This document shows positions 10,265-22,199 of a stretch of 64,000 nt of DNA, in pieces (position 1 is the stretch's first letter; each line of letters starts with the position of its first letter). The stretch lies in the NCBI GenBank assembly GCA_964036045.1, contig OZ038378.1:65162001-65226000 (forward strand). The letters are read 5' to 3'. Under the pieces are notes generated by a model. That model had not been told where the DNA came from. It did not search any database and saw only the letters and a list, made by a program, of their open reading frames with translations. The stretch comes from Eutreptiella sp. 'Long Island Sound 2002' (lineage: Eukaryota; Protista; Euglenida). A program made the position numbers and the translations under genes.

Positions 10265-13200
10265 CCCACGTGCAGATCGCTGATAACGTACAATTCGCCC
10301 TCTAGCGCTTGCCACCGCCAGGTGTCACTTAGGCCACGCTAACTACCCGCCCCTTACGACCCAAACATGTGCACTTTGTCGCTCAAATTCATTGTCTCTA
10401 TTTGCCAATTTGCCCACCTCTGCGCAAAATTTCCCCTGGCCCCCCCCCCCCGGATAGCAAAAAAGGTATACATATTTTGATGTTTCGATGACTGTGGGCG
10501 AAATTTCCCTCAGCTCCGCCTCTTCTGCAAAATGTATAGGTCAAAAACACCAATCCGTGATGCTGGGGGAAATATCTTCCACCCCCCCTGCTGTTGTTTC
10601 TTTGCTTGTGGTGTGCCGGATATGTTGCCCTTTGCCTCACTGCGATAAAGTTGAACCTGGGAGAAATTTGTTCCAGCTTGCCTTTACACCCTTGTACCTA
10701 TGGGGTGGTACCTGTGTTGGTTTCTGTTCACTGACTCTTAGGTATGCTTCTGCCAATGTGGCTGTGAGACATGATTGATGTGCGCTTTCTTCAAACAGCC
10801 GTGGGGGGTACCCGCGTTCGGACCCCGAAGGCTGTGATTTGGGTGGCATTGAACAAAGGGAGGACACTCTCGGTGCTGCAGCTGGCACTGGATTTGCGTC
10901 ACAATAGAAAGACTAGACGTAATGTTCTCAGGAGGCCTTAATTGGCCGCCCTGGTGAGCCTCAAGAATTCGAATTTGTTACCCCGAACTGGGGTGTTTTT
11001 TTAGCCTATGAAATGCAGGGGGGGGGGGGGGTGGTCACTGTTTCAATTTATGTTTTGAAAGCCATTTTGAACCATACCAATGTTCCAATTCCAAATAGAC
11101 AATTTCACCCCCCAAATTAGCCAAATTCCAACAATAAAACGAAATTTCGCCACTCCTTTGAAATTGGCCAATATCATACCCTTTTTTCATGTATGTTTTC
11201 ACTCATGAGACGCGACATTTCGCAACTCTTTCATTATTTGATGTTTTGATACCCTTATTGTGTATATGTATATTTGTGTGCTAATTTGATTTCATTTGTC
11301 CCGAAATTTGTGCCTTTGATGAATTTAATCAACATTCCGACAATCTTGACATGCAGTATGTTTTCTGTTTTGAGGCAAATATGTGAGTATTTGCTTTGAG
11401 GTGACCACAGGACATGGATCCAGCACTGCTACGGGTGGTTGTGGCAAGTCGTGAGTTTCAGAACATTGATCTCCTCATGACGGATGTTGCCAATGGGGGC
11501 TTTGCAACGTCATTGGCTATCTGGGCCCACACAATGCGGACAAATCGACGATCACGGAAGGACTCTACAAGGTTGCTGTTTTCCCATGGAATACGGACGA
11601 AGCCCTGGTGGTACGCTGTTTTCTCAAATCAATTGCTATGCTTGTGGCGACTTCTGAGAATGATTGCAGCCCCTCATGCACAGCCGCAGGATGTACCAAT
11701 ACCTATTTCATTGAGCCCGAGGAACCGCCTATTTGTTGGCTCCCACAGGATCTGTGCATGCAGCTATGCCCTCACTTACTGCCAATGCGCGACAACAAGC
11801 AACTTCGCTTTGGCAAAGCATGCAGAACCACCGGATGGCGCTCTGGTATGACAACGAGGTGAAAAAGAATTATGGGGTACACCCGCTGCATCTTGACCAC
11901 TCCATAAATTGCACAGCTGTGGCCGTGTTACATTTGCCAGTCCTACCACCATTTCCGGGTCATGTCTCACTAATTGATGCTGTTGAGACAATTGGGGCAC
12001 GTGTTGATGCTTCACAACTTCATCATCCGGATCTGCTTCGGCGGGTCGATGCTCTTCCTGACATGATTCGGCGTACTTTTGTCAGAGTCCCCTTGGACAT
12101 TGTGCGGCAAAATGTGGTACCTCTCCGTTGGCAACCAATGATGCTGTCTCAACTGCGGTGTGGAACCAAACTGGATCACTTGAAACTGCTAAATACACCC
12201 CGGCATGTGCAGCACGCAACTCGTCATGATTTACCACTGTGTGTGGATATGAAGATTCACTATGAGCTGTTGAAACACCTGTATGGGCAGAGTTACACTT
12301 CATAGAACTTCCAGTTGCATTGGTCAAGCCTCCCCCTCATCTACGGGGTTTGGCCCCACGTGCAGATCGGTGATAACGTACAATTCGCCCTCTAGCGCTT
12401 GCCACCGCCAGGTGTCACTTAGGCCACGCTAACTACCCGCCCCTTACGACCCAAACATGTGCACTTTGTCGGCTTCTTTGTGTCTTGTTTTCGTGTGCAT
12501 GTTTTCCATGTGTTGCTCGTACTGTAATAGGTGGTGAAGAATAATTATACATTTATTGCGCGTCCTATGCATACACACTTTGAAACTCAAATTCATTGTC
12601 TCTATTTGCCAATTTGCCCACCTCTGCGCAAAATTTCCCCTACCCCCCCCCCCGGATAGCAAAAAAGGTATACATATTTTGATGTTTCGATGACTCTGGG
12701 CGAAATTTCCCTCAGCTCCGCCTCTTCTGCAAAATGTATAGGTCAAAAACACCAATCCGTGATGCTGGGGGAAATATCTTCCACCCCCCCTGCTGTTGTT
12801 TCTTTGCATGTGGTGTGCCGGATATGTTGCCCTTTGCCTCACTGCGATAAAGTTGAACCTGGGAGAAATTTGTTCCAGCTTGCCTTTACACCCTTGTACC
12901 TATGGGGTGGTACCTGTGTTGGTTTCTGTTCACTGACTCTTAGGTATGCTTCTGCCAATGTGGCTGTGAGACATGATTGATGTGCGCTTTCTTCAAACAG
13001 CCGTGGGGGGTACCCGCGTTCTGACCCCGAAGGCTGTGATTTGGGTGGCATTGAACAAAGGGAGGACACTCTCGGTGCTGCAGCTGGCACTGGATTTGCG
13101 TCACAATAGAAAGACTAGACGTAATGGTCTCAGGAGGCCGTAATTGCCCGCCCTAGTGAGCCTCAAGAATTCGAATTTGTTACCCCGAACTGGGGTGTTT

Positions 13201-14555
13201 TTTTAGCCTATGAAATGCAGGGGGGGGGGGGGTGGTCACTGTTTCAATTTATGTTTTGAAAGCCATTTTTGAACCATACCAATGTTTGAATTCCAAATAG
13301 ACAATTTCACCCCCCAAATTAGCCAAATTCCAACAATGAAACGAAATTTCGCCACTCCTTTGAAATTGGCCAATATCATACCCTTTTTTCATGTATGTTT
13401 TCACTCATGAGACGCGACATTTCGCCACTCTTTCATTATTTGATGTTTTGATACCCTTATTGTGTATATGTATATTTGTGTGCTAATTTGATTTCATTTG
13501 TCCCAAAATTTGTGCCTTTGATGAATTTCATCAACATTCCGACAATCTTGACATGCAGTATGTTTTCTGTTTCGAGGCAAATATGTGAGTATTTGCTTTG
13601 AGGTGACCACAGGACATGGATCCAGCACTGCTACGGGTGGTTGTGGCAAGTCGTGAGTTTCAGAACATTGATCTCCTCATGATGGATGTCGCCAATGGGG
13701 GCTCTGCAACGTCATTGGCTATCTGGGCCCACGCAATGCGGACAAATCAACGATCACGGAAGGACTCTACACGGTTGCTGTTTTCCCATGGAACACGCAC
13801 GAAGCCCTGGTGGTACACTGTTTTCTCAAATCAATTGCTATGCTTGTGGTGACTTCTGAGAATGACGGCAGCCCCTCATGCACAGCCGCAGGATGTACCA
13901 ATACCTATTTCATTGAGCCCGAGGAACCGCCGATTGTTGGCTCCCACAGGATCTGTGCATGCAGCTATGCCCTCACTTACTGCCAATGCGCGATGACAAG
14001 CAACTTCGCTTTGGCAAAGCATGCAGAACCACCGGATGGCGCTCTGGTATGACAACTAGGTGAAAAAGAATTATGGGGTACACCCGCTGCATCTTGACCA
14101 CTCCATAAATTGCACAGCTGTGGCCGTGGTACATTTGCCAGTCCTACCACCATTTCCGGGTCATGTCTCACTAATTGATGCTGTTGAGACAATTGGGGCA
14201 CGTGTTGATGCTTCACAACTTCATCATCCGGATCTGCTTCGGCGGGTTGATGCTCTTCCTGACATGATTCGGCGTACTTTTGTCAGAGTCCCCTTGGACA
14301 TTGTGCGGCCAAATGTGGTACCTCTCCGTTGGCAACCAATGATGCTGTCTCAACTGCGGTGTGGAACCAAACTGGATCACTTGAAACTGCTAAATACACC
14401 CCGGCATGTGCAGCACGCAACTCGTCATGATTTACCACTGTGTGTGGATATGAAGATTCACTATGAGCTGTTGAAACACCTGTATGGGCAGAGTTACACT
14501 TCATAGAACTTCTACTTGCATTGGTCAAGCCTCCCCCTCATCTACGGGGTTTGGC
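10265..14555. repeat. Head-to-tail tandem duplication (copy 1 10265-12354, copy 2 12355-14555)
   Basis: Near-identical sequence and ORFs. The junction TTGGC|CCCACG has GC microhomology. Copy 2 has about 114 bp extra at 12472-12585. Confidence 0.97.
11414..12354 (+). pseudogene. Duplicated 5' half of the inner transposase
   Basis: Near-identical to 13616-14555 and truncated at YGVW by the duplication junction; retains DNEV where copy 2 has a stop. Confidence 0.85.
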
Positions 14556-15960
14556 ACCCGTACAAGCATATGATCACCATGCTTTACGTCAACTTTATGC
14601 CCATTATCTCTTTGATCGAGAGAGTACACACTGATTTCAAGAAAGGACATGAAGTACCAACAAAGGTTAAGCTCTCTCAAATGGAGACGACAATACTGGC
14701 GCTTTGTCTGAATGCTGGCACTTACCTATCAAGCATTCAGGCAAAACTTGATGCATTTGCTGTTGCAGCGCAGAATGGACCCTTGACGGACATGCGGTCT
14801 AAAAGCAAGGAGCTACTTTTGGGGTTGAAGGTGTATTGCCCTGCTGCATTTAGGATTGGTGTCCTTGTGAGAGACTGCAATTGGGCTGGTAGAGATCCCG
14901 GAAGTGGGAAGAATGCCTTGGCGGTGCTGGACTCCTGTTTGTTGGTTATGCTTTCTTTGGTGGGGGATCAATGGGAGAATGTGGAGTACATCAAGACATT
15001 GGTGGCTGCCCTGGTCACATGGCAGCGTGGGCAATCACGAACGCCCGGTTTGTATTCACATTGAGAAATCCGGGGAGGCTATGTTGAGCAGGTTGTGTGC
15101 ACAGTGCCGGATTTTGACTCCCATCACATCCCACAGTGGCACCTCGGAAATTTTTGTAACGTTGAGTCAGACCCTGTCAGGGAGGAAGAACCTGCGGTTC
15201 TCACTGACACAGAAGTGTGTGAAGCGGTCTGGGTCCAATGTGAGAAAGTTTATTCTGAGTGTGTTTGTTGCATCCTTGCCCATGGTACAATGCAAGCCAC
15301 CACCCCTTCGCGTAGTAGAAGCAGTTGTGTGGCGTAGTTAGTAGATGTAGATTAGTAGATTTCCCAGCACATTTGCAGCCGTTCCACCACGTAGTGTTCC
15401 TTTCAGTGTCTTCCACAAATATATTAGGTCCATTCTTCGTAAGAACCCCCCAAGCGATGACCTTCTTGCGGTTCTACAGCAAACAGTGCCTCCATCAACG
15501 ATTCGAGGGTAACGCAATGTCGATATCCAGAGAGTAATGCAAATTTCCCGCCCGCCGAAGCCCAAACCCAAACCAAAATCCAAACCAGGGAAACCCGTTG
15601 CAAAACCAGGTGCCCCCCCCCCCACCCCAGACACGGTGCACCCATCGCCAAACCTGCCCCAGGGAATCCAAAACCACGAGCCAAACTTGGCCCACAGCAA
15701 CCAGTACCGTAGAATAGGGTGCAGCATCTAAATGGGGGGCGGGGGCAGGTGCGGACAATGCGAGTGATGACGAGGACGATGGCCCCGAGGTGGCCTTGGT
15801 TGCAATCCACAGCGACAGTGATGACAGTAGTGTGTTGGATGATGATGACATAGTAGCTATTCTGGATGAAGAGCAGGTTTTTGGACAGGATACTTCACAA
15901 TGGGACTTACATACCTGTTGTCCTCACAATATACCAGACATTGTCCCTTGATTGTGGTTT
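13616..15960 (+). pseudogene. DDE transposase of the inner element (Academ/DUF6589-like)
   Basis: LWYDN...SINCTAVAV (D 14051), LCVDMK (D 14447), YGVWHPYK, EKSGEAMLSRL (E 15075), then a Pro/Lys-rich and acidic tail. Stops and frameshifts present. Family call rests on recalled motif pattern only. Confidence 0.65.
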
Positions 15961-16259
15961 TTTTGCATGGAGTGGCAAAAATTTGCCACATTTGAGATAT
16001 TTGGTATTTTCAATAGTGTTTTTAGCACATTTTGGTTTGAGATACGAAATTTCGCTTGCTTTTGGGTTTTGTGAGTTTTGAGCATGTGTCCCAGAGGGTA
16101 CTGTTACACTACTGCCACTTATACCACTAATGTGCTATTCATTTTTGTGTGTGATCGCGACTCTCATGATTTTACGTATTACATTTTCCTTAGACTGTCA
16201 TGATGTGTAATTTCCTCCGATGGCCCCAGTCAACGGAATCAGCACAGCCGGGGGAACAA

Positions 16260-18744
16260 GAAGGCCACTCCGAAAACAGTCACTCTAGCAGATGCCTTCC
16301 AGAAGACAGTGGTGTTATCCCACAAGGTCCTGCGGGTGGATGTCAACTGCGAGCATCAAGGGATTACTGGTGTAGCTTGACAATTGTATGTTGCTGCACG
16401 TGCACCTACACGTCTGTGGTTTGTCTACTGGTCTGGGGACGAATCGTCTTCTGTTATTGCCTCAGTGGGTAGCTTCTGGATCATTGTTGGTCAGCATGTC
16501 TTCTGTGCGGCAAGGAGAAAAGAATGTGGACCCTTTGAGATGGCAACTGCAGTTTGAGTGTATGGTTCTGAAGTGGGATACTCCCTTGCTCCACAGGAGA
16601 TGCGTGGCCGACCACCAGCAGACAGCAGTGCTGTCAGGTACAGGAGCATACATGAGTGAGAGGGCAGTGCTGCTGATGGAGAACTTGGAGGAGCCCGAGA
16701 ATGCTCATCTCAGTCTCAATGACGTGTGGCGCCAGATGTTGGAGGAGGCTGGACTGACAGCTGATGAAGGAAACTGGTGTGTGACTGTTGCCATGAGGCG
16801 CATTCATTTTCCGGGCCCGAAAAAATTTGGTTTGATACGCTGTAGGATTCTGTGGCACGACGCTGGCTACCCTTGGCTAGAATGATTGAGGCAACTGGGT
16901 ATACGGCAATGGATGGAATACGCAATTTCGACAACAGAAGGATCCCCTTGGCAATTGGATCATTCAAACCATTGGAGGGGCTCATTGGACCATACCTTGC
17001 ACAGTGTGCTGAATACACGGAGACTCCACGAGCTACTGTTGCAGGGCTGGCTAAAGTGGCACGTGAATGCCAATGGGAAATGCGATGGGGCTGGATTGTT
17101 ATGCATCCTGACTGTTCAGAGGGGTAGGTTCGCCCATCCCGCAGTATGTTGTGCAGGCCTCATGAATTGCATTATGAAATCATTGAATTCTTCTGATAGT
17201 GGCGAAATTTCGCGTCTCAGATGGAAACATGGTCTGGACACCCAATTTTTCTCTATAACAGGAAGTACCTCCGAGATTGCTACCCTACAGCGTCATATCA
17301 AGGGGATTGGTGCATTCAAGTTCAGCCGTGCAGACTGGGTGTACAATGATGACATGCTTATGCCCCCCTGGGACTCTGTGCAAGGCCAAATTCTGGACAT
17401 GCTCAAAATATGTAGACTTCAGGAGCCACCTGGCCAGACCTCGGAATTCATTTGACATTGCCAGCTCCGAAGGGAATGTGGTTCACTTGAAGACTGTTTC
17501 TGGCTCTCGGGCAGATGCTACCGGCGGTGAGTCCCCCTTTCAGCTTTGTCTTCTGAATGCTACTACCATTTTAAATGCCACCGTCGTTGGGTTGCTGCTC
17601 ATACTGGCTGTCATTGAGGTTCCAAAGGGCTGGTCCATGGGTCTACCACCTCTTGCTATGCGACATGTTTCAATGGGGAAACCAGTGGTGGTTGCTGGTG
17701 AATTGGTGGACGTTCGAATCATCATGAGCCAGCTGCACACTGATTTAGCTGAGGAGGGAGTGAATCGGGTGAGTGTCATGGTGTACAACAGTGGCAGCCG
17801 CAGTCCGAATTTTACTATGATGCAATCAATGATGACAATTTTCACGTTGACTCCAATTCCAAGGAAGGTACATTGCCCCTTGTGAATTGATCCCCCAAAA
17901 CAGCAAAATGTCACAATCGAGCGAAATTTCCCCACTCCCGCCATTTTGCCCAATTTGCACCATCTGTTTAGTTGCCGATGTACGTTACGTTTAGTGAAGT
18001 TCCCATTACCCAGTACCCTGTGTCCTGAGGCTGTTCAATGGGTGCTGGAGGTTCTGAAAGTCACGATGAATCTTACAAACTGAGTGCTGGAGGGGTCTTG
18101 CTCTCCAAATCTCGCTGTTCAGCATTCGTCTGAAGTCCGAAATTTCGGTTGTATTTGGTTTCCTCAAGGTTGCGGTTGATGAACTACCTAAAGAAACTGT
18201 TGAGCTCACAAGTGGTACTTTGAGAGAGGCTGACTCTCTGGCCCCAATCTACTGGGAGTTTGTGTTGCCACAACTGGACAAGGGTGTGCCTGTTGACAGG
18301 ACTAGAATGGCTTATGTACCTGATGACCCTGATGAATAGGATTGCATGGATAGTATGCCGGACGTGGATGCCAAGCCCAAGGGAACCCCAAAGCCGAAGG
18401 CATCTAAGCCAAAGCACAAGACGGGGACGGCGAGCAGTCCCCCTGGTGTCAATGCAGGTGGCAGTGCAAAGCCCCAAGCAACGCCTACGAAAAGGGCTCG
18501 ATCAATCTCTGTTGACGCTATAGCGGCGCAAGATGATGAGGAGCAGACACCACAGCAGAGTCAGCAGTTGGTCACACCACACAAAGGCAATACACATCCA
18601 CCGTTTGAGCCGAAAGGACATTCACCGTCACCAGAGGGATTGGAGAACTTTGCGAATTTGGTGAGTGGTGGGACTGCACTAGCAGCCCAGCCACAACAGC
18701 AACCACAAAAGGCAACGTGTTTGGGAAACAAACGACGACGGTGA
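16260..18744 (+). pseudogene. Second gene of the inner element, unknown function, intron-containing
   Basis: Segments SERAVLLMENL..ADEGN, WIVMHPD, W..PPWDSV and IEVP..VAGELVDVR are collinear with the outer element's gene. Likely GT-AG introns at about 16780-16845 and 17123-17259. Low-complexity C-terminus. Confidence 0.7.
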
Positions 18745-20699
18745 TTTGGTGTTGACTGATATGATGAGACGATGGTGAGTGCAGAACCACCATCCTCTGA
18801 GCAATCATTTTCAATTTTGATTTGTGTCCGACTTTATTTGATTTGTTATTCTGACACACCCTTTGTGGGTGTTGGCACATGGAATCGCCTTTTGTAGGCA
18901 ACATTTGGTAATTTTTGCGATGTATGTTTGTGTATTGATTGATTATAAAGAGTTCCTTATGGTTCGAATCGTATGTCCGTAATACTGTGTATCCACCTCG
19001 TACTGTGGCAAGCAGGCAATCTAGTGACAATATTTCATACCTCATTATGCTGTATTCTGCCAAATGTGGCGAAATTTCGCGTCTCAATGAAATTCCCTGA
19101 AAATGGGGGTGTGTTTCATCATACATCAGTGTACTAATTCACAGAGTGTCACCTGTACATGACAGAAACCCTTCAGTGGACAATGCAATTTGTCCTTGAG
19201 TGCTATTTCTTTGAATTTGAATGCCTGTTTTGGATGGTTTGCCAGTGTACTCAATTGCAAGCAAAATGGTCCAAGTGGACAATATGGGGCATCATATCAG
19301 TCAAAAACTTCATACGTTGTGCGGTGTGTCAATTAGGGGGTAGTGATTCAGCATTTTTTTCACCCCATGAATGGCCTTCATTTCGCAGACCCCCCCCCCC
19401 CCCGGGCAATTAAGGCCTCCTAAGATGTTGGGCATGTGCGGGCTTCCTGGGGATCTAGTCGTCCACCAAGATGGTTGTTGGTCCTGCAGAAGCAAGTTTT
19501 CTCACTGCATAACATTGTGCGAGTCTGACATATCCCCGTGCCGACAGAGCCACTGGAGCCTCATATCGCGGTACAATGACCAAGTCCATCCGCCGTAAGC
19601 TGGCAATGGCAGGGGAATGCACTTTTAATGCTCCTACTATCTCGGCCCTGGCCAGTGATCAAGCTTTATACTTATGGGATTCATTTGAGAGACAGCAAAT
19701 CCCACCGTGTTTCGAAAATTGCCGTCGCTACATCAATGGGGTGGACCCCCATAGCCCTGATAAGAGTTTGAATGTGACTGCTGTCGGTGTGTTGCACACT
19801 ACCGAGCTGCCCCAGTACCACGGACTGCCCGGTCTGTATGCTGTTGCACAATGCATACCCGGGGTTGTTGAGTACCTTGTGCGTTGTGTTGGGTTGCTGT
19901 TGCGAAGAAGTATAGTCCCAGATGGGTGTATTCTGCGAACCTGGGTTCGTGCACCTCCGAACCAGGCTCGCAATGTTGTGGTTTCCCTCAACTGGAGCCC
20001 CTTTCTGTTATCACACCTGAAATGCGGAAGTCATGTTGAGTTATTGGACATTGTCAGGGGGCTAGAATGCTTGCAGATGAAGACGAGACGGACTGTGCCA
20101 TTTCTGATTGACATGATGATCTTTTACGCACTCGTAAAAATGTTGTTTGGAGCAAGCTATGCCCCCTGGCACGTAGACCAGTTTTTGTTGGGAGTCCCGT
20201 TGCTTTATGGTGTTTGGCACCCATACAAGTATTCGGTGGAAATAACCTATAAGGCATTTGCTTCTATCATAGAATTTCTTGAGCATGGTTGGGACCTGAA
20301 GGCAGGAGCTGTGGTGCCCACGAAACTCAAACTGCGTCACATGGAAAAAACCATTGTTGGTTTGTTCTTGGCTACAGCTGCTAACAAAGCACGGCTTCAT
20401 AGTACCACCCAATTGTCTGATGCTCAAAGACTGTGTCTGAGATGCCTGTTAGCCTTGAAGGCCCTGTTGTATTGGTCTCTCCAGCACTTCTCTTAGCCGG
20501 GGTCTTTAGGTCAGCACTCCCGGCAGTGCATGAGACCCAAAATTGGCAATTTGAAAGTGTCTGTTTTCATGATGGAAATTTGAGGTTTCATTTTTGCACG
20601 TTTCACACCCCACTTTGTTACATTGCTTCTTGAGCCCTTTACAGGTCCGCTGTGTGGAACATCAAAAACAAACGCGAATTTCAAGGGGAAGGAGTCTGT

Positions 20700-21360
20700 T
20701 GGGCTCTGCAGAGCGCAAGAAAGCCCAACTGTCTACTTCACGCCATGTTTTCCTACAACTATCGCTGTTGGCGCTCTGCAGAGCGCTCCGTTGCCTGAAC
20801 AACCATTTTTAAGCCGCACCTGCGAGTAATCCGCAGATGTTACTGGATATTTCAATGCAAAGCTGGCCTGTTGCGCTCTGCACAGTGCTCCAAACCTTGT
20901 TTGTGCAACCGTCATTTCCTTCAATTCCTATTCCATGCACTTTGGAGAGCGCATACGTGGCCGAAGTACTATTTTGGAGTACGTTTTATTGGTTGGTGAA
21001 GTTATGTATGGATTGTCACTGGGTTTTTGACAATCGTATGGGACAGTGCATGGCTGGAGGGGACACCAAGAGCTATAAGGTGACAAGGTATGGTACCTTC
21101 CCATTTTGTGACATATATTTGCGGTTCCCCTATTTGTTAGTATGATTCAATCTTCTGTGCCAAAGAATAGTGCAACCATTCTTGACCAGTTGCCTGTGTT
21201 CCGCTCGGAAAAGCGCAAATTTTTACAACCGCATGAAAATTGGTCTTTTTTCTAATTTTGCCGACTGGAGCGCTCTGCATAGCGCATTTAACGTGATATG
21301 CTCAATGAAGATCCTCGTTTTTGGTTGTTCTGCATTGTTTGCGCTCTGCACAACGCAAAG
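20700..21360. repeat. Five dispersed copies of the palindrome GCGCTCTGCAGAGCGC
   Basis: Copies at about 20702, 20771 (perfect), 20873, 21270 and 21341, inside a ~0.95-kb interruption of the outer transposase. Confidence 0.8.
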
Positions 21361-22199
21361 TTTCCGACTGTCCTCGTTTTGGTAGCACAAATTTACTTGT
21401 TGTTCATCGATTTAACGTGGCATGTATCCCCGCAGCGTTACTTGACCGGTGTCCCTTCATTTAGTTTCTTTTCAGGCTTGTTGGTGCCATGGATGCCTCA
21501 CTGTTCCGGGTCTTCTTGCAGGAGCGATAATACAGTTCAGGTTTGGATATAATGCAGCATGCTTGTTCCCATGGTGGTTATGCCCTGCAGCTCGTTGATT
21601 TTTTGATGGCACTGAGGGATGATCAACGTCATTACCGAACTTTCGGAGGCGTTCAACAGATGTTGACAGTTATGAAGGTAACGGGTAAAGGTTTGCCTTG
21701 GTTTAACCAATAGTGCCAGGTGTCATGAAATCTTTATTTGTTATCGCATAAGCAATGGAAACCCCGTACCAAGCGTAGTTCTGATGAGGTTGACGTTCCC
21801 ATGTCTCCCGCAGCACGCCGTAAATTATCCTATACTAGTTTATGTACCATAGCCCAAACCAGCCGCCGAACCGAAGCCAAAGCCAAAACCCAAAGGAAAA
21901 GCAGAAGTCAATCTGGCAGATTACCTCACCTCCACAAAACGCATTTGTGTGCGATGGGATCAGATCCTGATTGATAGAGACCGCCCTGAAGGCCAGGTCC
22001 GTGGGCTGAACCCCGACCGAGTCCAAACTCGCTATGACGATCTATTAAGGGCACCGCCACCTGATTGTATTGACGATTTACTGCTGGTACTCGGCATCCG
22101 TATGGTATGCCCTCTCCTGTTTCGATTGTACTCAATCTTCAGTGCCATTTGATTTTACTCTGTACTACCTGTTACTCTACGTACACATGGGTTTTGGTA

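Larger units (their letters stand above)
5990..10323 (-). mobile_element. Degenerate APE-type non-LTR retrotransposon (ORF1-like region plus endonuclease), 3'-truncated
   Basis: APE motifs HLLTLNV...VFLQEVG (about 6990-6850) and TTW...ALDFFLS...SDHYRV (about 6810-6680). Upstream are a coiled coil (9330-9100), a Cys/His knuckle-like segment (about 8480-8380) and an RRM-like stretch VSFANIGVREEA (about 8190). No RT core is visible. Boundaries are approximate. Confidence 0.7.
13128..19425 (+). mobile_element. Inner (younger) two-gene DNA transposon, Academ-like, about 6.3 kb
   Basis: TIRs TCTCAGGAGGCC(G/T)TAATTGCCCG (13128; duplicate at 10926) and CGGGCAATTAAGGCCTCCTAAGA (ends 19425). 3-bp TSD TGT at 10923-25 and 19426-28 (TGG in copy 2). 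Confidence 0.85.
12973..22110 (+). pseudogene. DDE transposase of the outer element, split by the inner element (12973-13127 plus 19426-~22110)
   Basis: MIDVRFL...RHNRKTRRN rejoins VGHVRASWGSSRPPRWLLVLQKQ in frame. SLNVTAVGVLH, FLIDM, LLYGVWHPYK and PTKLKL match the inner transposase; the E motif region lies near 21620. Confidence 0.75.

Noticed and set aside
13128-19428. TSD-less (Spy-like) insertion at CTY^AAG with AGG...CCT termini
   Set aside because: Extending the TIRs by 4 bp reveals a TGT duplication and an ungapped in-frame repair of the host ORF, which fits better.
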